From a virus, in UHGV virus genome UHGV-0214148: a DNA stretch of 64,000 bases, one strand, 5' to 3'. A program made the translations under genes and the position numbers. Positions 57,432-64,000 of the stretch are shown piece after piece. Positions within the stretch are counted from its first letter, which is position 1. Every line of letters begins with the position of its first letter. The notes under the pieces are model-generated. The model saw only the letters and a program-made list of their open reading frames with translations. It was not told the DNA's origin and did no database searches.

Positions 57432-59060
57432 TTATTGATTAAACCATGCTACTTCTTCGCATTTCTTTCTGTTTTGAATTAACAGAAATTCTGCTAACAT
57501 GTTCTGAAGTCGCGGATGAGGTGAATAGTCCAACATCACTGTCCCACACCGTAACATTCTGGCTGCTTCCGGTGTTGCCCTGAGATTGAAGTTGAACGGC
57601 GCAATATGTTCACGAACCAACAAGCTGAGAGAATCCTTCAATGTTGATTGTTCGTAAGTATTACGATGTTTACGGTATGCTTGTGGATAATATCTATCCG
57701 TTTTTATTTTAATCTCATTATCGATAGGCTCGATGGGATACCCGCCATTTAGTGGTGCCCGGATCATTTCACAACTTAACAACTGTGCAATCTCAGGCAT
57801 TCCGTAATAGATGTAAACGGCTTGGGATATACCCATCGCGTTCTTAAACGCTTCTGAGTCGATTTCCTTGTATGTACGACGATCTGCAAATCGGTGCATC
57901 ACTGCCGCCACCAACCATTCGTAGAGTTCGTAGAACGGATATTGATGATTAATGTTGATGGAATCTATCAACACTTTCACATCAGCGGGAGCAATATCGA
58001 GATTCAAAGCACGTACCGCACGACGATAGTCATTAAAGAATTCTTGGGTACGAACGAATTCCTTCATTGGTGCTTTAGTCCGAGCTTGAACCAGGTCAAT
58101 CGACGAAGTTTTCCCCTTCTCGCCATTGAACATGATTTTCTCAGGATTCGCTTTTAACATCACGTTTTGGCCGGAAATTTTTCCCGCGAAGCCCGTTTCG
58201 ATTTCTTGTCGAATATTGAAATACATCCCCGCCACGATGTTGTTTTCAACCATCGTACCTGGCGGTAGTTCGGCACCGATTAACTTCATTGCAATTAAAC
58301 GGATAACGGCGAACGCTATGATGTATTCCTCTACCATATCCGTACCGTAGCCACAGATAGATGCCAGGACGGTAAGGTTTGCAGTATTGGGTCCTTTACT
58401 CCCTCCGTCCTGAACTTTCGAAATCACCGACACTAAAAACTCACGCAACTTTGTAATGGCTGGCAGTGTAGCAATCTCGGTATCAGACAACAACTCCATG
58501 CAGTAGGTCAGGTTATAAACACTTTTGCGCTTCGACTCAACAGAAGCGCGTGTTGCAGGAAAAGCGTCCAAAATCAAGAATACGGGAATAAACGGTTTTG
58601 TCATCAAAGACAAAATCACCAATTCGTAATAATCTTGTACGATATACGTCATCTCTTTTGGATAATTCGACGACATCTCTTCGTACGTTTCGTGGACGTT
58701 TTGAGGAATCCACACCGAACCGTGTGGATAAAGCTGGCGGAATCTATCTGCGTGATGAAATTTAGCAATTCTCGCGACGAGCGTGGGGACGTGTTCACGA
58801 ATAACTTCTGGGGGTTCATTAGCTAACAACTCTAATTCTTCGTAAACTGAAAACAGTTCGCTTTTCTCTTCAGGCGTTAAAGTTGACCAATAACGCTCGA
58901 TTTCCATGAACATGATTTTATCGTGCGTTACGATCTGTCCGAAACTATCGCGTACGTCTGGCACATTCACGTCTTTACGTCCATTTCGGAAACCATTAAA
59001 CGCGACCTCTTTTTCGCCGTACTTTATCACTAAACGGTCACGATTCTTTTCAATGCGCAT
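57432..59060 (-). CDS. hypothetical protein (~542 aa)
   Basis: Track ORF starts upstream at a non-ATG codon (59144); ATG at 59058-59060 (MRIEKNRDRL) has GGAG Shine-Dalgarno 9 nt upstream and lies ~30 nt downstream of promoter-like motif copy 4. Confidence 0.75.
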   Translation of the reverse strand: MRIEKNRDRLVIKYGEKEVAFNGFRNGRKDVNVPDVRDSFGQIVTHDKIMFMEIERYWSTLTPEEKSELFSVYEELELLANEPPEVIREHVPTLVARIAKFHHADRFRQLYPHGSVWIPQNVHETYEEMSSNYPKEMTYIVQDYYELVILSLMTKPFIPVFLILDAFPATRASVESKRKSVYNLTYCMELLSDTEIATLPAITKLREFLVSVISKVQDGGSKGPNTANLTVLASICGYGTDMVEEYIIAFAVIRLIAMKLIGAELPPGTMVENNIVAGMYFNIRQEIETGFAGKISGQNVMLKANPEKIMFNGEKGKTSSIDLVQARTKAPMKEFVRTQEFFNDYRRAVRALNLDIAPADVKVLIDSININHQYPFYELYEWLVAAVMHRFADRRTYKEIDSEAFKNAMGISQAVYIYYGMPEIAQLLSCEMIRAPLNGGYPIEPIDNEIKIKTDRYYPQAYRKHRNTYEQSTLKDSLSLLVREHIAPFNFNLRATPEAARMLRCGTVMLDYSPHPRLQNMLAEFLLIQNRKKCEEVAWFNQ

Positions 59061-59088
59061 TTTAAAATCTCCAGGAATAACATAGTCG

Positions 59089-59112
59089 TCCACTAAGATA
59101 AAATCTATCTCA
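59089..59112 (-). promoter_or_regulatory. promoter-like conserved motif, copy 4
   Basis: Minus-sense TGAGATAGATTTTATCTTAGTGGA, ~29 nt upstream of ATG 59060. Confidence 0.45.
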
Positions 59113-59193
59113 GATAACTTCGACTGTATTCTACACACATACACGATAAAGAGCCCCAGGATATCCTGGGGCTATGTTATAGTTTTACATTAT

Positions 59194-59838
59194 TTAGATA
59201 ATATCGTCAAAATCGTTAGTTGGTGTTGGGGCTTTTGCACCGGATTGGTTGTTATAACCGCCGCCATTGCCGCCGTTATTGTAACCACCACGACCGTAAC
59301 TACCACCACCCGCATTATTAAACTCACGCGGTTTGTAGTTGTCACGGAAATCTTCCAGGAATACATCCGCATTTTTCAGGAACGCGCGTAGCTGACGCTC
59401 TGCCAGTTCCAGATCGGAGACCAGTTGTCCATTACGGAAAACACGATAACCTTTCGGATAAGTGAAATAGAATTTCTTCTGACGCGCACCAACCCCTGGG
59501 ATCTCGCCGCTCAGTGCAAAGAACGGTGTCAGGTTTTCATCACGACCTACGTGTAAGCTAACCGGTGCCTTCTTACCTTTTGCATCTTCCCATTTGAAAA
59601 CAACTTTTTCGGGTTTCTGCATCACCGTACGTAGGGTTTCAAAGATATCAACGCAAACGGTATAGCCTGCGGTGAAATAAAGACCTTCGCCTTTACCAAA
59701 GGAGTAGTGGAATTTCATCAGTTCCACATCACCATTGAACTCGTTCAGTTCAATGCCCAGTTTACGCGTACGGCCCTGTTGATCCGGCTCAGTCTGCGGG
59801 TAAAGCCATTTCTCTTTAAGGAAGTTTTTATTGACCAT
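59194..59838 (-). CDS. putative single-stranded DNA-binding protein (SSB-like)
   Basis: ORF track; C-terminal Gly/Asn/Tyr-rich linker ending in acidic tip NDFDDII, like the SSB C-terminal tail (DFDDDIPF); AGGA Shine-Dalgarno. Confidence 0.5.
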   Translation of the reverse strand: MVNKNFLKEKWLYPQTEPDQQGRTRKLGIELNEFNGDVELMKFHYSFGKGEGLYFTAGYTVCVDIFETLRTVMQKPEKVVFKWEDAKGKKAPVSLHVGRDENLTPFFALSGEIPGVGARQKKFYFTYPKGYRVFRNGQLVSDLELAERQLRAFLKNADVFLEDFRDNYKPREFNNAGGGSYGRGGYNNGGNGGGYNNQSGAKAPTPTNDFDDII

Positions 59839-59896
59839 TTACTTATCCTATTTTTACATTTTCGGAGTGCTCAAACTAACAAAACGATCTGTAAAA

Positions 59897-60733
59897 TTAG
59901 CGAGACAATCTACGAAGGAACTCAATGACAAAGGGTTCGTTAACCAACTTCAAACAACTGTAAATACGATCCATAGTCGTATCTTGTCGCCAGTGGTATT
60001 TCTCGGCAGTCTTCAAAACCACCTTACGCACCTTTCTGTCAAGTGGGGAGAACATATACCCATCGCCAAATAGCGTTAGAAACGCTTTGTTAAACGGGAT
60101 CTGTTCGGGTTTACCGTAAAGCTTCGTGTACCATTCTAACCGACCTTTAATCTTACCCGTGTGTGATTCTAGCAGATTCAACAGCGGGAAATCTTTGTAG
60201 GCCAGTAGATCGGCAGGGTAATGGGTTAAAATCAATGTGTCATGCTGCCCTTTCGGAAACACATCAAAGCTTTTGAATTGTTCAGGGTATTTTTCACCGT
60301 ATAACTTTAACGTATCGTGTTCTAGCGCATTAAAGTGATGCTGGTTAGGTGTCATCTTTTCCTGCCCTCCTGCAATCGTACGGAACGCTGCTTCGGGGAA
60401 GATTCTGTTCGCACTTTTATACGTACAGATATAGGGGACACATAGCACCGAAGGCGCTACCGCTTTCGCGGTAGCGTTAATAGAAGCAATATCTTCTTCA
60501 ATCGATGCCAGCAACACTTCAGGTGTTAATCGTTCACGATTCGTTTCAAACGCGTAAAACGCGTTACGGAACAACGTCCGTAGATTCAGGTAAATATCCT
60601 GATACTTGTGGATAGGGACAGGACCCTTCCAATCGGCATATTCTCCTTCATGGAGAAGCCCTTCAAAAGCCAACGATGTAGCAATTGACATTTGATAAAA
60701 CCCAAACGTGCGATCAACACTGATTGGGGTCAT
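59897..60733 (-). CDS. hypothetical protein (278 aa)
   Basis: ORF track; ATGA overlap with upstream gene. Confidence 0.75.
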   Translation of the reverse strand: MTPISVDRTFGFYQMSIATSLAFEGLLHEGEYADWKGPVPIHKYQDIYLNLRTLFRNAFYAFETNRERLTPEVLLASIEEDIASINATAKAVAPSVLCVPYICTYKSANRIFPEAAFRTIAGGQEKMTPNQHHFNALEHDTLKLYGEKYPEQFKSFDVFPKGQHDTLILTHYPADLLAYKDFPLLNLLESHTGKIKGRLEWYTKLYGKPEQIPFNKAFLTLFGDGYMFSPLDRKVRKVVLKTAEKYHWRQDTTMDRIYSCLKLVNEPFVIEFLRRLSR

Positions 60734-61878
60734 TTGATGCTCCTGATAATGTCAGTGACAATTTGTGCATCGTATTTAAACGGCACTAATGCTTCTAACA
60801 AAATCGCTTCCACATTCTCTTCAGAGATGGTTTCCTCGACCTCTGCGTCGATAGCAAAACCGGCTGCGAGAATTTGCTCCTCTTCAGGCGTACGTATACG
60901 CGTACCTGAAATATGGAAAGAATATTGTGATTTCCAACGAGTGATGGCTTCCGCCAATGGAGAATCAGGGTAATATTCAATTTCCAATCGTCCAATCACT
61001 GAGGACGGATGAGTATCAATGTACTCAAGCGCAGAGAGACATTTCGCGTACTGCGATTCATAGTCCTCCTCCGCAGCAATCTTAATCTGCGGGCAAGCGC
61101 GTTCATTAACCAAGAAATAATCTCTGGCTAAATCAGGAGTGAAATCGACAATAGCAAAGCCTTTGTCCTCTTCTTCACCCATTGCCAGGCGATCAGGGCT
61201 GCCTGGTACACGAATCTTACCCAATTGTTTCCTACGATGATCGTGATGGATGATAATCAAATGCTTGACTAACGGTTCCCAAAAATCCGTATGGAAAAAG
61301 CGGGTAGACTCAACGGGAACTTGGAACTGAAAGCAGCCATGCATAAAGCAGAAATCCATCTGCTGTATACCACGCGTGGCTAATAATTCAGCCATTTCCT
61401 GTTCTGTTGCGGCAGCATCAATGGATTCGGAACCCAGGGCTTTATACTCGTCCTGGACCCAACCGACTGTCGCTTCTAACGCCTCGTCGTAAAACACGCC
61501 AATCTTATCCAGATACAAACAATCTGCACCCACCGCCTGATTTAACTCTTCGACGATTTTCGATTGTTTGTGATCGTGGGAGGGTGTTCCTTCCAAGACA
61601 CGAATAGCGGTATTCGTCTGTTTGGCCCAGAGCAATAACCAAGTTAAAAACCCTATGGCTTCCTGAGAATCTTCTTGCCGCAAATGCCGGGAATCATCAA
61701 ATAAATCACCAGCTATATAAATAGCGTCAATCGTATTATCGAACCGTTCTAAGGTTTCCTTGAGCACGTTAACAATATGCCACGTCGGTACACGACGGTG
61801 CAATAAGTGTACATCGCCCGTTGAGAAAATGCGCTTAACGCCAACTGGTTTCGGTGGCGGATTAGTAATCCTCTTCAT
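60730..61878 (-). CDS. calcineurin-like metallophosphoesterase, Mre11/SbcD-like nuclease
   Basis: ORF track; phosphoesterase motifs GDVHL (I), AGDLFDD (II), GTPSHDH (III), MHG (IV), IIHHDH (V). Confidence 0.65.
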   Translation of the reverse strand: MKRITNPPPKPVGVKRIFSTGDVHLLHRRVPTWHIVNVLKETLERFDNTIDAIYIAGDLFDDSRHLRQEDSQEAIGFLTWLLLWAKQTNTAIRVLEGTPSHDHKQSKIVEELNQAVGADCLYLDKIGVFYDEALEATVGWVQDEYKALGSESIDAAATEQEMAELLATRGIQQMDFCFMHGCFQFQVPVESTRFFHTDFWEPLVKHLIIIHHDHRRKQLGKIRVPGSPDRLAMGEEEDKGFAIVDFTPDLARDYFLVNERACPQIKIAAEEDYESQYAKCLSALEYIDTHPSSVIGRLEIEYYPDSPLAEAITRWKSQYSFHISGTRIRTPEEEQILAAGFAIDAEVEETISEENVEAILLEALVPFKYDAQIVTDIIRSIK

Positions 61879-62530
61879 CGATGATTCTTCTTCCCTTAGC
61901 AGGGGAGGACTGTTCAGGCTGTGCCGCCGTTACAGGTTTCTTTTGTCCCTGGATACGATTGCACAATTCTTCAAGTCCTTCAGGATAAGGTAATTGTCCT
62001 GACACGTTATAACGACGGAAGATCCAGTTTAACAGATCGATAGTCTGTTTCGCACGAAGTGCATTTTCTTCGTACGACAACTTTTCGATGCCGTCCAACG
62101 TATAGTCGATCATCTGATACATCTGCCGTTCACCGACCTCGGAAATGATATCGGCTTGTTGGCGAATCATCTCTGTTTCTTCAGTGAGCGACGGCTGACC
62201 ATCGACGTGTTGGAGCGACCGACCAGTATTAAGCAGGGGCGGGATCGTAAAGAGTAGTTTTGAATTATCCGAATCCGAAACAATCTGTAACGGAACGAAA
62301 GCACTACCTACATAATCCGTCCAGGTATCTTCGTTAAACGTACCGTCCAACATCCCCGACAACAGCGGTAAACCTTGTCGACGGAACATCGATTCAGTAA
62401 ACACGCTGCACACACCCTGGCCCTGTTTAAGCATCTCTTCCATTTCAAGAAGTTTCTCAAACTCAAACTTAGCACGGCCAGAAAGTTCTTCAATGGCCAC
62501 CCCATTAAATTTTCCCGGTTCTTGATCCAT
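61862..62530 (-). CDS. hypothetical protein (222 aa)
   Basis: ORF track. Confidence 0.7.
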   Translation of the reverse strand: MDQEPGKFNGVAIEELSGRAKFEFEKLLEMEEMLKQGQGVCSVFTESMFRRQGLPLLSGMLDGTFNEDTWTDYVGSAFVPLQIVSDSDNSKLLFTIPPLLNTGRSLQHVDGQPSLTEETEMIRQQADIISEVGERQMYQMIDYTLDGIEKLSYEENALRAKQTIDLLNWIFRRYNVSGQLPYPEGLEELCNRIQGQKKPVTAAQPEQSSPAKGRRIIDEEDY

Positions 62531-62532
62531 CC

Positions 62533-62916
62533 TTACTCATCCTCAATGACTGATGATTCAGTTTCAACGTAACGTTCCACATCATACCACACCCCACCCG
62601 ACATAACACGAGCTTGGATGATGATACGGTAGCGTACATCGGTATCCGGCAAATATTCCCAGGTTGTCTCTACTTCAACCCCCTCAGGGAAAATATGTTC
62701 GTAAAGCGTGGTTAAGTCTGTTTTCACCCGATTGGCTAAGCCGTCGGGATCTTGAGCAAACATTTGCTTTGCTTTCGCAAGTGACCGGACGTTGCCTTGA
62801 TAAATTTGCGATTGGCTATACCCCGCTTCCGTGTAATGATTCATCATCTCACGAATACGTTCACGGGGAGTTTTTGCCCAGCCGCGTGTAGAAACCGTGC
62901 CTACTGCAATCGCCAT
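62533..62916 (-). CDS. hypothetical protein (127 aa)
   Basis: ORF track; AGGAG Shine-Dalgarno upstream. Confidence 0.65.
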   Translation of the reverse strand: MAIAVGTVSTRGWAKTPRERIREMMNHYTEAGYSQSQIYQGNVRSLAKAKQMFAQDPDGLANRVKTDLTTLYEHIFPEGVEVETTWEYLPDTDVRYRIIIQARVMSGGVWYDVERYVETESSVIEDE

Positions 62917-62954
62917 TCTCTACTCCTATCACATTGATAGCTGCTGCTGTAAAT

Positions 62955-62990
62955 AAGAAAAAAGAAGGGGGTGCCCAATCCCCTTCTTTT
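62955..62990. terminator. bidirectional intrinsic terminator
   Basis: A-run, stem agaagggg (62963-62970) / ccccttct (62980-62987), T-run 62987-62990. Confidence 0.65.
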
Positions 62991-62993
62991 CGA

Positions 62994-63581
62994 TTAACAC
63001 GAAGCGCCGAGTTCAGAACACGGATCTTCGTCTTCCCAATCAAAACTCCGCATACGTGCCCAGTTGATTTGCATGTCAACTTGCTCCACACGCGTGAGTT
63101 TGTTGGATCGATCTTCGTTGGATACCCAGTTCCAAATACGATCTTCATCGTACTCGTTGGACATACCCGACGTTACTTCGCGGAAGTTATCGTCCGTATG
63201 CATATACGCCGAACCACGGAAGTTATCGATTTTCGAATACCCGTTCTCGTAACCGGTCGCCATGTTGTTATTGTACAATTGTCGATATTCAGGCAATGCC
63301 ATCAGCAACGGCTGTAAAGTTGCGTTTGCAAACTGGAATTGTCCTATCTTCTCCAATTGTCGTACAACGTCAGTCGCATCGCTGTGCTGTACTTTGCGTG
63401 CGGCTGCATACATCTCACGGAAACGCTCTAATGAAATTAACTCATTACATTTTCGTTTAACGCTTTCGATCATGTCAGGAGCAAAGGCGTTAATATCGAA
63501 ATTGTCTCTGAAATAGCGATACATCCCGCTATTTTCAGTTTGTCGCGTCCAGATGGTTCCGCCTAAGTTCCACATGCCCAT
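62994..63581 (-). CDS. hypothetical protein (195 aa)
   Basis: ORF track; separated from the upstream ORF by tandem in-frame stops TAA TGA. Confidence 0.65.
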   Translation of the reverse strand: MGMWNLGGTIWTRQTENSGMYRYFRDNFDINAFAPDMIESVKRKCNELISLERFREMYAAARKVQHSDATDVVRQLEKIGQFQFANATLQPLLMALPEYRQLYNNNMATGYENGYSKIDNFRGSAYMHTDDNFREVTSGMSNEYDEDRIWNWVSNEDRSNKLTRVEQVDMQINWARMRSFDWEDEDPCSELGASC

Positions 63582-63587
63582 GTTTCA

Positions 63588-63872
63588 TTACCCCGCCAAT
63601 TTTAATAATTCCGAGTCAAGCGCGATACCGGCTTCCAAGTCCTCTTCAGTATCCTGGAAGAAACTGTTTATGTTGCTGATATTCTCGTTATGGAGAATCA
63701 TGCAACTCGAAACCTCGTCCACATTCGTGCTTGACATAAACCCGTTGTCTGGGCGATAAGCCATGCCCAGTTCCATTTCAATCTGGTCGATTGCCAATCT
63801 GCATTGTAACTGGTCGCCATCGAAATCCTGTTTGTCCACTCCATTCCTTTTGGAGCAGGTGTGCAATGACAC
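63588..63872 (-). CDS. hypothetical small protein (94 aa) carrying a DFDGD motif
   Basis: ORF track; starts at GTG, in-frame stop 13 nt upstream; contains KQDFDGDQLQCRLAIDQIEMEL. Confidence 0.45.
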   Translation of the reverse strand: MSLHTCSKRNGVDKQDFDGDQLQCRLAIDQIEMELGMAYRPDNGFMSSTNVDEVSSCMILHNENISNINSFFQDTEEDLEAGIALDSELLKLAG

Positions 63873-64000
63873 CCTCCCATGCTTTCACATGGGCACAGAC
63901 TATATCATAACCGTAGGTATTGCTACCCGTAGGTCTCCCCCACTTCGCCGCTAAACTAAGCAGCTACTCTACTCGGTTTTACCCTTTCGATAGTCGTTGA

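Noticed and set aside
62994-63872. Single frameshifted or stop-containing gene spanning ORFs 62994..63581 and 63588..63872
   Set aside because: The ORFs share a frame but are separated by tandem stops TAA TGA and the downstream ORF has its own ATG, which looks like genuine termination and re-initiation.
1-64000. tRNA genes, rRNA, integrase or transposase, insertion-sequence inverted repeats
   Set aside because: No T-loop/acceptor-stem pattern, rRNA-like segment or recombinase motif was recognised by eye; a proper tRNA scan would be needed to exclude tRNAs formally.

Overview
This 64-kb window reads as a compact, almost entirely coding stretch of a large dsDNA phage genome, most consistent with a phiKZ-like jumbo phage of an enterobacterial host (inference from gene content, Shine-Dalgarno usage and codon bias; nothing was searched against a database). 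About 55 protein genes lie mainly on the minus strand in long co-oriented blocks with short overlaps (TAATG, ATGA), punctuated by A-run/hairpin/T-run terminators. Recognisable by motif: dihydrofolate reductase, the C-terminal half of a multisubunit RNA polymerase beta subunit coupled to a possible beta-prime-like subunit, an SF2 DExH helicase, an SSB-like protein, an Mre11/SbcD-like phosphoesterase, a DnaQ/PolB-type 3'-5' exonuclease without polymerase motifs, an HExxH metalloprotease, a putative 764-aa major capsid protein, and a tandem pair of paralogous acidic proteins. Most other genes have no recognisable function. No rRNA, tRNA, CRISPR array, integrase or transposase was seen. Features not explained by ordinary annotation: a conserved 24-nt promoter-like motif upstream of five minus-strand genes; a triplicated structured repeat interleaved with small basic paralogous ORFs absent from the ORF track (15.97-17.36 kb); and a 47-codon lipoprotein-like gene. 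All functional calls are from motifs read by eye.
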